Notes under the pieces: generated by a model
What the model was told of the DNA's origin: nothing
Databases searched by the model: none
The model's input: the letters and a program-made list of their open reading frames with translations, nothing else
Shown: positions 40,834 to 50,107 of the stretch, piece by piece
Position numbering within the stretch: the first letter of the stretch is position 1
Layout of the letters: the number at the start of each line of letters is the position of its first letter
Origin: Bacteroidia bacterium
Lineage (GTDB): Bacteria; Bacteroidota; Bacteroidia; Bacteroidales; CAJPTX01
Assembly (NCBI GenBank): GCA_013333195.2
Contig: JABCPG020000005.1
Location: 1,522-65,521 of the forward strand
Direction of reading: 5' to 3'
Length of the DNA stretch: 64,000 nucleotides
Made by a program: the position numbers and the translations under genes

Positions 40834-42903
40834 ATGGAGAAGAAGACAACAATCACTAAAGAACTAATCTCACCGAGAAGCATCGCCGTTATAGGGGGAT
40901 CTGACGACCTGTATAAACCGGGGGGGAGGGTGCTCGAGAACCTTCGCACGCACGGTTTCAAGGGGGAGTTGATGGTGGTAAACCCAAAATGCGATGAGGT
41001 GCAAGGCGTCAGGTCCTACCATAGAGTCGAGGATCTCCCCCAGGTGGATCTGGCAGTTATGGCCATCGCCGCGAAGCATTGCCCGCACGCCGTTGAAGTA
41101 CTCGCCCGAGAGAAAGGGACAAAGGCCTTCGTCATCCTCTCCGCGGGATTCCATGAGGAGGGCGAGGAAGGGGCAAAGCTGGAACGGGAGATTGTCGATA
41201 CGGTAAACGCCCATGGCGCATGTCTAATTGGGCCCAACTGCGTAGGGATGATGAACGCCAACCACACCAGCGTCTTCATACGCCCAATCCCAAAGCTCAA
41301 CAGCAAGGGGGTAGACTTCATCACGGGTAGCGGGGCAACAGCCGTATTCATAATCGAACTCGGCATCACGCAGGGGTTGAGCTTCTCCTCCGTATTCTCT
41401 GTGGGCAACAGCGCGCAGCTGGGAGTGGAAGACGTGCTGGAGTATCTCGATGAAAGCTACGACCCCGCGACGAGCTCCCCGGTGAAACTCCTCTACGTGG
41501 AGAGTATCACGAATCCCCAAAAGCTGCTAACGCACGCCCGCTCCTTGGTACGCAAAGGCTGCCACATCGCGGCGATAAAGGCCGGGACATCCGCGGCGGG
41601 AAGCCGCGCGGCAAGCTCCCACACCGGCGCCCTTGCAAGCAGCGATGTGGCGGTAGATGCCCTTTTTAAGAAGGCGGGAATCGTGAGATGCCGCAGCCGC
41701 CAAGAGCTGCTCTACGTGGCATCCATCTTTACGCTACCAGAAATACGCGGCAAGCGTTTCGCCATTATCACACATGCCGGCGGCCCCGCCGTAATGCTCA
41801 CCGACGCCCTGTCTGATGGAGGCCTGGAAGTACCTAAGATAGAGGGACCCGCCGCGGATGCGCTGCTAGGCAAACTCTACGACGGATCCTCCGTGGCGAA
41901 CCCCATCGACTTCCTCGCCACTGGCACGGCGGAACAGCTGGGCGAAATCATCGATGCCTGCGAAACCCAATTTGAGGTGGACGCAATGATTGTCATCTTT
42001 GGAAGCCCGGGGCTACGCCCGGTGTACGACGCGTACGACGTCATCCATGAAAAGACACGTAGCTGCCGAAAACCGATATTCCCTGTACTTCCGTCGCCCG
42101 TAAACGTTGCCGACGAAATAAAGACGTTTGTGGCTAAGGGAAATATCTTTTTCCCCGAGGAAGTGGTACTCGGCGATGCCCTTTCGCTGGTGCTCCGTAC
42201 GCCAAGACCTCAACCCGCGCATGTGACGCTCCCCACGGTGGACGTGCAACGGATACGTAGCATAGTCGACAGGGTGGGCAACGGCTACCTCAAGCCTTCC
42301 GATGTGCAGGGCCTGCTCGACGCGGCGGGAATCCCACGCGCGGGCGAAGCCGTGGTAACAACCGTACACGATGCCGTGGAGGCAGCTAAAAACCTCGGCT
42401 ATCCAATCGTAATGAAGGTCGTGGGCCCTGTGCATAAGTCGGATGTGGGGGGCGTTGTGCTTGGCATTGACAATGAAGCAACGGTCGTGCGTGAGTTCAC
42501 CCGTATGATGCAAATTAAAGAGACCACTGCTATCCTAATGCAGCCGATGCTCTCGGGTACAGAACTCTACATCGGGGCAAAACGCGACGATAAGTTCGGG
42601 CATCTCGTGCTGTGCGGCCTCGGCGGAATATTCATCGAGGTGCTAAAAGACGTGCAGGCTGGCCTTGCCCCGCTCTCCATCGATGAGGCTAAGGGGATGG
42701 TGGACAACCTACGTAGCGTGAAGATTCTTGACGGCGTGCGAGGGCAAGCGGCCATCGGGCGTGAACGACTGGCAGAAATTGCAACCCGCGTATCTACCCT
42801 AGTCACAACAGCCCCGGAGATCTTTGAGATGGACCTCAACCCCCTTCTTGGCAATGCGAATGGAATCGTTGCGGTTGACGCTCGCATCAGGATTGAAAAG
42901 TAG
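40834..42903 (+). CDS. Acetate--CoA ligase (ADP-forming) family protein (CoA-binding, succinyl-CoA-synthetase-like and ATP-grasp domains)
   Basis: The start was trimmed to MEKKTTITKELISPRSIAVIGGS, a CoA-binding Rossmann N-terminus. The segment GPNCVGMMN is present, and the C-terminal ATP-grasp region reads YPIVMKVVGPVHKSDVGGVVLGI. Confidence 0.88.
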   Translation: MEKKTTITKELISPRSIAVIGGSDDLYKPGGRVLENLRTHGFKGELMVVNPKCDEVQGVRSYHRVEDLPQVDLAVMAIAAKHCPHAVEVLAREKGTKAFVILSAGFHEEGEEGAKLEREIVDTVNAHGACLIGPNCVGMMNANHTSVFIRPIPKLNSKGVDFITGSGATAVFIIELGITQGLSFSSVFSVGNSAQLGVEDVLEYLDESYDPATSSPVKLLYVESITNPQKLLTHARSLVRKGCHIAAIKAGTSAAGSRAASSHTGALASSDVAVDALFKKAGIVRCRSRQELLYVASIFTLPEIRGKRFAIITHAGGPAVMLTDALSDGGLEVPKIEGPAADALLGKLYDGSSVANPIDFLATGTAEQLGEIIDACETQFEVDAMIVIFGSPGLRPVYDAYDVIHEKTRSCRKPIFPVLPSPVNVADEIKTFVAKGNIFFPEEVVLGDALSLVLRTPRPQPAHVTLPTVDVQRIRSIVDRVGNGYLKPSDVQGLLDAAGIPRAGEAVVTTVHDAVEAAKNLGYPIVMKVVGPVHKSDVGGVVLGIDNEATVVREFTRMMQIKETTAILMQPMLSGTELYIGAKRDDKFGHLVLCGLGGIFIEVLKDVQAGLAPLSIDEAKGMVDNLRSVKILDGVRGQAAIGRERLAEIATRVSTLVTTAPEIFEMDLNPLLGNANGIVAVDARIRIEK

Positions 42904-42915
42904 CTATCCGAAACG

Positions 42916-43077
42916 ATGGAAGGGCATAGCGGAAGGAGAGGCCACGCATTTAGCCCAGCAGAGTGGCTTCTCATCGGAATGATTCTCTTCGGCATCGCGC
43001 TAGTTGCCCTGCGCTGGGACTACATTCGCCACGAGGTGAATGAGAGCGTCAAACGCTACATTGAACGGGGCGAATAG
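42916..43077 (+). CDS. Possible 53-aa single-TM protein (below the ORF-track cutoff)
   Basis: The ATG at 42916 lies 13 nt after the previous stop. The product MEGHSGRRGHAFSPAEWLLIGMILFGIALVALRWDYIRHEVNESVKRYIERGE has one clear hydrophobic helix and is followed by a strong hairpin. Confidence 0.3.
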   Translation: MEGHSGRRGHAFSPAEWLLIGMILFGIALVALRWDYIRHEVNESVKRYIERGE

Positions 43078-43083
43078 CGAAAA

Positions 43084-43129
43084 AACGGCTGTGGCGAAGA
43101 GGACTAAAGTTCCTTTCGCCACAGCCGTT
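43084..43129 (+). terminator. Long perfect hairpin downstream of the acetate-CoA ligase / small ORF
   Basis: AACGGCTGTGGCGAA (43084-43098) pairs with TTCGCCACAGCCGTT (43115-43129), giving a 15-bp perfect stem with a 16-nt loop. There is no T-tract. Confidence 0.55.
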
Positions 43130-43331
43130 CAATATGTAGAATCTCTTAGACCATTCTACGGTCGTCATGCCTTGCATCCACGCAGCAAATATTTTAGACA
43201 TCCGATAGCACGTTTCGCCCACCATGAAAGATGCGTATTTCGCATCGGATAATGTCACGGTAAGCATAAGGGACGAGAATGCCCCTTCAGCGTCTAACCG
43301 TTTTAAACAACCACACATTCTCTCTTCAACC

Positions 43332-43934
43332 ATGCCAAAAGACGCATCGTCCCAAGGGGAAGAACACCTAGCTAAAGACGTTGCCGAAACGCTTACCACG
43401 CTGCGTAGGGGCGGCACTATTTTATACCCCACCGATACTATTTGGGGCATAGGGTGCGACGCCGCCAATGCAACCGCTATCGCCTCTATTTACCGCATAA
43501 AGCGTCGCGCGATAAGCAAAAGCCTTATTGTGCTAGTATCCGATTTAACGATGCTCGCACGCTATGTCGGGGTAAACGCATGCGCAGCCGCGGAGGAATA
43601 CGCACGCGCCGAGAGGCCAACCACCGTAATTTACCCTTCCGCCAAAGGCCTGGCCGAGGGTGTAGCATCGAGCGATGGGAGCGTTGGGATACGCATAGCG
43701 AGGCATCCATTTTGCGAGGCGCTTATCAGGGAATTAGATGGAGCTATAGTCTCTACTTCGGCCAATATTTCCGGGCACGCACCGCAAGGCGCAGGTCTGG
43801 AAAGCGTGGAAGAGGAGATTCGCAATAGCGTCGACTACATTGTAAACGAACGTGAAGACACCGCTAAAGGGCTAAATCCATCTAGAATCGTTCGACTACT
43901 CGCCGGAGGCTCCGTGGAAATACTACGTGAATAG
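43332..43934 (+). CDS. tsaC: L-threonylcarbamoyladenylate synthase (YrdC/TsaC type)
   Basis: The start was trimmed to the ATG at 43332. The YrdC-domain motifs GGTILYPTDTIWGIGCDA and STSANISG are present. Confidence 0.85.
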   Translation: MPKDASSQGEEHLAKDVAETLTTLRRGGTILYPTDTIWGIGCDAANATAIASIYRIKRRAISKSLIVLVSDLTMLARYVGVNACAAAEEYARAERPTTVIYPSAKGLAEGVASSDGSVGIRIARHPFCEALIRELDGAIVSTSANISGHAPQGAGLESVEEEIRNSVDYIVNEREDTAKGLNPSRIVRLLAGGSVEILRE

Positions 43935-43964
43935 ACCGAAGGGCGGAAACCTACATAATTTTAG

Positions 43965-43972
43965 TACATTTG
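43965..43972 (+). promoter_or_regulatory. Bacteroidota -7 promoter box (TAnnTTTG)
   Basis: TACATTTG lies 52 nt upstream of the ATG at 44024. Confidence 0.45.
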
Positions 43973-44023
43973 CGCGAAAAATGTGCGGGAAGATTACGGC
44001 CATTGACGGCGAAAACCAAGATT

Positions 44024-44980
44024 ATGAAAAACATACTAATACTCGGAGCCGGTGGTCAGATTGGCTCAGAGCTGACTCCCCATCTACGTAGCATCTATGG
44101 CGACCACCACGTTGTGGCGACCGATGTACGCCCGAATGAACGCCTAGCCCAAGCGGGACCTTTCGAAACGATTGACGCTCTAGACGCGCGGGCCGTGGCG
44201 GACATGGTGAAGAAATACGAAATCGATGCGATTTTTAACCTCGTGGCCCTGCTCTCGGCCAAAGGGGAAGAAAACCCGCAACTGGCATGGAAAATAAATA
44301 TGGGCGCCCTTCTAAACACGCTTGAAGTAGCGCGTGAGGCTAAGGCATCCGTATTCACTCCTAGCTCCATCGGGGCCTTCGGGAACTCCACACCAAAGGA
44401 CGGTACTCCCCAAGACACCATCATGCGACCGAACACCATGTATGGGGTGTGTAAAGTGTCTGCGGAGCTACTAGGCGACTACTACCATTCCCGTTTTGGC
44501 GTGGATACGCGAAGCGTCCGGTTCCCAGGCATCATCAGCAATGTCACTCTACCCGGCGGGGGCACAACCGACTACGCTGTGGAAATCTACTACGCAGCCG
44601 TGAAGGGTGAAACGTTTATCTGCCCAATTCCTCAAGGCGTGTACATGGATATGATGTACATGCCCGACGCGCTGGACGCCATCGTTCAGCTCATGGAAGC
44701 CGACCCCGCTAAGCTTAAACATCGCAACGCCTTTAACCTTGCCTCCATGAGCTTTGAACCCGGTGAAATCCTACGAGCCATCCAGCGGGAAATCCCTGAA
44801 TTTAAAATGGAATACCGGATTGACCCCGTAAAAAAAGCCATTGCGGAGTCGTGGCCCAATCGCCTCGATGATTCCGCGGCTCGCAGCGAATGGGGATGGA
44901 AACCAAAATGGGACCTCCCTTCAATGACAAAAGATATGCTGCGCGCCGTGGAAGAAAAGAAGAAACGCGGGGAAATTTGA
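44024..44980 (+). CDS. NAD-dependent epimerase/dehydratase-fold protein, SDR-type L-threonine 3-dehydrogenase-like
   Basis: The start was trimmed to MKNILILGAGGQIGSEL (Rossmann fold). The catalytic YGVCK (YxxxK) motif is present, and the block PGGGTTDYAVEIYY is, as I recall, characteristic of extended-SDR threonine dehydrogenases. Confidence 0.75.
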   Translation: MKNILILGAGGQIGSELTPHLRSIYGDHHVVATDVRPNERLAQAGPFETIDALDARAVADMVKKYEIDAIFNLVALLSAKGEENPQLAWKINMGALLNTLEVAREAKASVFTPSSIGAFGNSTPKDGTPQDTIMRPNTMYGVCKVSAELLGDYYHSRFGVDTRSVRFPGIISNVTLPGGGTTDYAVEIYYAAVKGETFICPIPQGVYMDMMYMPDALDAIVQLMEADPAKLKHRNAFNLASMSFEPGEILRAIQREIPEFKMEYRIDPVKKAIAESWPNRLDDSAARSEWGWKPKWDLPSMTKDMLRAVEEKKKRGEI

Positions 44981-45015
44981 TCCTCCTCGTCACCATTCTA
45001 TCAGAACGAAAATGC

Positions 45016-45047
45016 CCTGTCTCTCCAAGAGAGGCAGGACTTTTTTT
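45016..45047 (+). terminator. Rho-independent terminator
   Basis: CCTGTCTCTC pairs with GAGAGGCAGG (10 bp including one G-U) around a CAA loop, with the run TTTTTTT at 45041-45047. Confidence 0.75.
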
Positions 45048-45063
45048 AAATAAAAACAATCCT

Positions 45064-46203
45064 ATGCCCAACAGGCCCATACGCGTCCTACACGTCATCA
45101 ACTCGCTCAAGCGAGGCGGAGCCGAAACGCTTCTGAGAAATTTCCACCATGCCATTGACCCAGCCCGCGTGCAGTTCGACTACCTGCTCTCCTTCCCTCT
45201 TGAAACCGATTACGAGGCGGAGGTAAAACAACTCGGAGGAAGAATTTATCGCGTCGCGTATAGAAGCGAATCTACTTTGGGGAAATTCTCATTCCTCTGC
45301 CGTCTCTTCCTCTTTTTGCTAACGCACCGGTACCAAATTATACACGTACACCTCGCGCCGCAAGCCGCGCAGTGGCCCTTGCTCTTTGCAAAAATACTCC
45401 GCTTCGAACACCGCATAATCCACTCACACAACATCAACACTTCAAAGGAGGAGTCCTCCGCCTCCCTCGATAAAATAAAAAAACGCCTATCGCGATACGC
45501 AACAGACTACTACGCTTGCAGTAACGAAGCTGCGACCTTCCTTTTTGGAAGCGCAGCCACGCGCAATGGCAAAGTGGTGGTACTTACAAATTCAATCGAC
45601 GCGAAGCAATTCATCTACAGCAAAATGAACAGAGCCGCCATCCGTAAAAAGCTTGGAATAGAGACAGGCTGCGTTGTGCTCGGCTCAACCGCAAGGCTCG
45701 AAAAGCAGAAGAATCACACGTTCATGCTACAAATCATGTCGCAACTTCGAAGCATGGGCAACCGTTGGATCCTCGTGCTTGTAGGCGATGGTTCGCTCGT
45801 CGGCGCCATAAAGGACGAGGCTAAAAGGCTTGGAATCTCGGACATCGTTAAGTTGGTCGGGGTCTCGGATTCAGTCAACGCGTATCTTTCCGCCTTCGAC
45901 CTACTACTCATGCCGTCGCTCCACGAGGGCCTACCGTTAGCCGCTATTGAGGCGCAAGCGGCGGGGCTTCCAATCCTCGCCTCTGAAAACAGGGTAACCA
46001 AGGAGGTATGCTGTACCAATCTTGTGCACTTCCTCCCGATAGAAGATGGCGCGCTTGCCTGGGCGCAATGGATAGCCAACTTTACACCCATCCCACGGAA
46101 GGAGGGGGAAATCCCCCATGGGCAATGGTCAGACGGCTACGACAGCGCCGCCTCATCACGCGTGCTTACCGATAGATACGAAAAGATGCTGGGGCTATCT
46201 TAA
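45064..46203 (+). CDS. Glycosyltransferase family 1 (GT-B)
   Basis: The start was trimmed to MPNRPIRVLHVINSLKRGGAE. The C-terminal segment EGLPLAAIEAQAAGLPILAS is an E-x7-E region. Confidence 0.85.
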   Translation: MPNRPIRVLHVINSLKRGGAETLLRNFHHAIDPARVQFDYLLSFPLETDYEAEVKQLGGRIYRVAYRSESTLGKFSFLCRLFLFLLTHRYQIIHVHLAPQAAQWPLLFAKILRFEHRIIHSHNINTSKEESSASLDKIKKRLSRYATDYYACSNEAATFLFGSAATRNGKVVVLTNSIDAKQFIYSKMNRAAIRKKLGIETGCVVLGSTARLEKQKNHTFMLQIMSQLRSMGNRWILVLVGDGSLVGAIKDEAKRLGISDIVKLVGVSDSVNAYLSAFDLLLMPSLHEGLPLAAIEAQAAGLPILASENRVTKEVCCTNLVHFLPIEDGALAWAQWIANFTPIPRKEGEIPHGQWSDGYDSAASSRVLTDRYEKMLGLS

Positions 46204-47270
46204 CGACGCGCATACATCGTTTCATAGTAGCGGGCATACTCCCCCGTAGTAACGCTGTTAAGCCACTCTTCATGGGCCAAATACCAATCCACGGTAAGCT
46301 TCAAACCCTCATCAAAACCCACCTGCGGATGCCACCCCAACTCTGCATGGAGCTTTGAAGAATCCATGGCGTAGCGCAAATCGTGGCCGGCCCTATCCGC
46401 AACGTACTCAATCAAATCATCTGAAGAGCCAACCGGCCGATTTAATGCCGCATCCACCAAGCGTATTAGGCTTTTCACCAGATCTATATTCCGCCTCTCA
46501 TTACTCCCGCCAATATTATAGGTCTCCCCATCCCTTCCTTCGCGAAATATTAAATCAATGGCGCGTACGTGATCCTGCACGTAGAGCCAATCCCGCACAT
46601 TTATCCCTTGCCCATAGATAGGTAGCTTCTTCCTATTTTTTATATTATTGATTATCAGAGGAATGAGCTTCTCTGGAAACTGGTATGGGCCATAGTTGTT
46701 GGAGCAATTCGAAATCACCGCGGGTAGACCGTAAGTATCGTGGTAAGCCCTAACAAAATGATCGCTACTCGCCTTGCTCGCAGAATACGGTGAACGGGGA
46801 GAGTAACGGGTCTCCTCCGTGAATGGCGAGTCCGTCATCGAAAGCGAGCCGTACACCTCGTCCGTCGAAATATGGTAAAAGCGTTTCCCTTCAAAATTTC
46901 CATCCCAACTGGCACGCGCCGCGTTCAGTAAATTCAGCGTGCCAAACACATTGGTGCGTGCAAAGGCCAGTGGGTCAACGATTGAACGATCCACGTGGCT
47001 TTCAGCCGCCAGATGTATCACACCGTCAATTCTATACTCTGCAAACAGCCTCTCCAACAATGGGCCATCGCATATATCACCCTTCACAAATCTATAATTA
47101 TCCGCTCGCTCTACCTCCTTAAGATTCTCTAAATTCCCAGCGTACGTCAACGCATCAAGGTTCACTATAAGATAATTTGCATGTTGCTCCACAAGGTGAC
47201 GCACCAAATTCGATCCTATAAATCCAGCTCCCCCAGTAACTAGAATTCGGCGAACAAACTGCTCTTTCAT
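46200..47270 (-). CDS. rfbB: dTDP-glucose 4,6-dehydratase
   Basis: 356 aa with ILVTGGAGFIGSN, YSASKASSDH (YxxxK) and the typical RfbB C-terminus. Its stop codon overlaps the convergent GT stop codon. Confidence 0.93.
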   Translation of the reverse strand: MKEQFVRRILVTGGAGFIGSNLVRHLVEQHANYLIVNLDALTYAGNLENLKEVERADNYRFVKGDICDGPLLERLFAEYRIDGVIHLAAESHVDRSIVDPLAFARTNVFGTLNLLNAARASWDGNFEGKRFYHISTDEVYGSLSMTDSPFTEETRYSPRSPYSASKASSDHFVRAYHDTYGLPAVISNCSNNYGPYQFPEKLIPLIINNIKNRKKLPIYGQGINVRDWLYVQDHVRAIDLIFREGRDGETYNIGGSNERRNIDLVKSLIRLVDAALNRPVGSSDDLIEYVADRAGHDLRYAMDSSKLHAELGWHPQVGFDEGLKLTVDWYLAHEEWLNSVTTGEYARYYETMYARR

Positions 47271-47463
47271 GGCAAATAATATCCTATTAAAACTCTTAAA
47301 ACAACGTAACTTCTCACAACCTCTAGAAAAACATCAAGCGCGAAATAAAGGAACAGACGTAACGGGATTCAGGAAAAATGAACAAATAGAGAAAATCCCC
47401 AAGACACCATGCGAAGGTAGCGTAAAAAATTCAGATGTACATATGAAAACTACGTAACCTCTC

Positions 47464-48669
47464 CTATTCCACCTCTACGCCTAGCGCCCTTACAGCCCGC
47501 TGGTACACTCCCTGCAAATAGGCTATCGCCATGCCGTAATTCACCACCGGGACTCCCTGGCGCGTCAGCTCCTCCACGCGTCCACGCACCATTCTCGGAG
47601 TACTCATGCATCCGCCACAGATGAGAGCAAGACGGAACCGCGACAAATCCTTCGGTAAGCTACCCAGCCCCGACACAAACTCGTACGACAGGGCGCAACC
47701 GACACGCTGATCCATCCACCGCGGAATTTTAACCCTTCCAATATCTTCGCACGTCACCTGGTGCGTACACCCCTCCACAATCAACACCCTATCGCCACAT
47801 CTCAGATCATCAATCTCTCGCGCCCCACGCAAATACGCATCAAAGTTACCTTTCTGCCGCGCCAGCAGCATGCTAAAGCTCGTCAAGGGAACTCTTTCTG
47901 GTATCCTTTCCGCCACCCACGAAAATATTTGACTATCCGTCACAACCAACGCCGGTTGAACCTGTAAAAGCGACAACGCTAACGACAATTCCGTTTCTCT
48001 AACAATGAGAGGAACCGCTCGTACATCCAACGCTGCCCGCAGCGTTTGCACCTGCGGTAGTATAAGCCTTCCCGCCGGGGCTGCACCATCCAATGGAGCC
48101 ACTAGCAGTACCGCATCGCCGGCACGCACCAACCCATCTAACAGCCCCATAGGCTTAGTCCCCTTCTGCAACGTCTCACCTACAATTGTTAGCAGCGCAT
48201 CGACGCCAAGTCCCTGTACTGCGCTCACTTCAATGGGTTGCCCAGCACCGCAGCGGAGAAGCTTTGCCTGGAGGTCGGCAGGCATAACCGCCTGATCAAC
48301 TTTCGTCGCTACCAGTAGGAAAGGGGTACTAGCCTCCATGAGAAGCGCCAAAATCTCTTCCTCAGGGGCACCCCATGCATCAGCAGTAAAGAGCAGCAAA
48401 GCCAAATCTACCTGACGCATCGTGTCTATCGTGGCGGATCGACGTTCCGCTGCCAACGCTGATAAATCGCAAAATCCAGCCGTGTCAACGAAAACCACTG
48501 GGCCTGCACCCTTCACCTCAACCGTTTTGCGCACCGGATCTGTCGTAGTGCCAGCTTGCTCGCTTACGATAGAAACCTGTTGCCTCACCATCGCGTTGAG
48601 CAGAGCACTCTTCCCAACATTTGCCCTTCCGTATAGTCCAACGTGCGGACGTATCTCTCTTGCCTCCAT
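47464..48669 (-). CDS. hydF: [FeFe]-hydrogenase H-cluster maturation GTPase HydF
   Basis: The start was trimmed to the Met at 48669. It has an N-terminal GTPase (GRANVGKSALLN, DTAG) and C-terminal cluster-binding residues (EGCTHQ ... ICGGCM). About 401 aa. Confidence 0.8.
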   Translation of the reverse strand: MEAREIRPHVGLYGRANVGKSALLNAMVRQQVSIVSEQAGTTTDPVRKTVEVKGAGPVVFVDTAGFCDLSALAAERRSATIDTMRQVDLALLLFTADAWGAPEEEILALLMEASTPFLLVATKVDQAVMPADLQAKLLRCGAGQPIEVSAVQGLGVDALLTIVGETLQKGTKPMGLLDGLVRAGDAVLLVAPLDGAAPAGRLILPQVQTLRAALDVRAVPLIVRETELSLALSLLQVQPALVVTDSQIFSWVAERIPERVPLTSFSMLLARQKGNFDAYLRGAREIDDLRCGDRVLIVEGCTHQVTCEDIGRVKIPRWMDQRVGCALSYEFVSGLGSLPKDLSRFRLALICGGCMSTPRMVRGRVEELTRQGVPVVNYGMAIAYLQGVYQRAVRALGVEVE

Positions 48670-48762
48670 CTTTACCTGCACTCCTACATGCCACCTATCC
48701 AAAAAGACTTACATAAATTTACCTTTCCCTCCAGCGGTACGGCTAACCACCACGCCATCAAA

Positions 48763-50064
48763 CTAACCTCTCCTTACCAGTGCTTGCAAATCTTTCCAGA
48801 AATCTGGGTAGGATTTCTCCACCGCCTCACAACCCCCGATCCGCACCCCCCGATCGCTTAGCATTCCCGCAGCTCCGAGTACCATTGCGATACGATGATC
48901 TCCATAGGCCGACACTTCACCACCTCCACGCAGAGAGTTCACCCCCTCCACGACTAGCTCGTCACCCTCCAATCTCACCCTACCTCCTAGCTTTGTAAAC
49001 CCCTCAACGAGCGCAGCCGCTCTATCGCTCTCCTTACCCCTCAACCGTTGCGCACCGCCTATCCTGCTCTCCCCATCAGCCTTCGACGCCAGCAGCACGA
49101 GCGCAGGAATTAAATCCGGGCAATCCCCAGCATCGAAAACGAAGCTTCGCGGTCTTGCTCCGCTCCCGCTAATTGTCAACACTCCTCCCGCATCCCAGGA
49201 ATAGCACACCCCGGCGCGCTCCAATGCCAACCGTATAAGGCTATCCGGCTGCAACGAATCCCGCTGCAAATTTACTAGCCTCACGCACCCTCCGTAGGCC
49301 GCCGCAGCGATAAAAACTGCTGCCGCGCTCCAATCCCCATGCACCGCCATGTCGCCATGCGCACGGTACGTCGCGCCCGATGGCACAACAAAAATATTGC
49401 GCACGCGCCGTTGCACCTCCACGCCGAAACTCGCCATCATCGCCACCGTCATCTCTACATACCCGCCACTCGGAACTTTCTCCACCCCCACGCGCACCTC
49501 CCGCCCTAGAAGCGGCGCCGCCATCAGCACCCCCGAGAGCGGTTGCGATGACTCCAATGGTGGGAGCGTAAAAGAGTAGGGCGGTTTCGGCAGGACATAC
49601 CCAAATTTCAGCGTATCTCCCTCCGTAGAATGCAGCATACGCACTGCATCCATCGATTCGCGTAGCCCGCGTTGCGGCCGACCGACCAGCGAACCTTCCT
49701 TACGTATACTCCCGGTCAACCCTTGAAACCCCGCCAAAAAGGGTATCGTCCGTAGCGCAAAGCCCGATTCCCCAGCAGATAACCCTCCTGCGCAGCGCCA
49801 CCTTCCACCCCGTATCTCAATTTTACCTCCTGGCTCGCTACGCACATCCACGCCGCAACGCGCAACCGCCTTCACCACCGCCAACGTATCTGCGCATAGT
49901 CCAGAAAAGTCCAAATACGTAACCCCAATCGCCACCGAGCCCAGCAGCACAGCGCGGAGCTGTTCGCTCTTCGAATCCGGCACCCGCAACGTCCCGCTCA
50001 GCACGCCCGGCTGAATCGTGATACTCTTCCCCATAGCTTCCTCAAAATAGGAAGGGGAGAGCAC
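48763..50064 (-). CDS. aroA: 3-phosphoshikimate 1-carboxyvinyltransferase (EPSP synthase)
   Basis: 433 aa. The N-terminal segment VPDSKSEQLRAVLLG matches the (L)PGSKS-x-x-R motif. The two-domain repeat pattern and the segment YGDHRIAM near the C-terminus also fit. Confidence 0.88.
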   Translation of the reverse strand: MLSPSYFEEAMGKSITIQPGVLSGTLRVPDSKSEQLRAVLLGSVAIGVTYLDFSGLCADTLAVVKAVARCGVDVRSEPGGKIEIRGGRWRCAGGLSAGESGFALRTIPFLAGFQGLTGSIRKEGSLVGRPQRGLRESMDAVRMLHSTEGDTLKFGYVLPKPPYSFTLPPLESSQPLSGVLMAAPLLGREVRVGVEKVPSGGYVEMTVAMMASFGVEVQRRVRNIFVVPSGATYRAHGDMAVHGDWSAAAVFIAAAAYGGCVRLVNLQRDSLQPDSLIRLALERAGVCYSWDAGGVLTISGSGARPRSFVFDAGDCPDLIPALVLLASKADGESRIGGAQRLRGKESDRAAALVEGFTKLGGRVRLEGDELVVEGVNSLRGGGEVSAYGDHRIAMVLGAAGMLSDRGVRIGGCEAVEKSYPDFWKDLQALVRRG

Positions 50065-50107
50065 GAGAACATGCGCCCCCCTTCGTATGCCGCCAGGCTA
50101 GCAGCAG

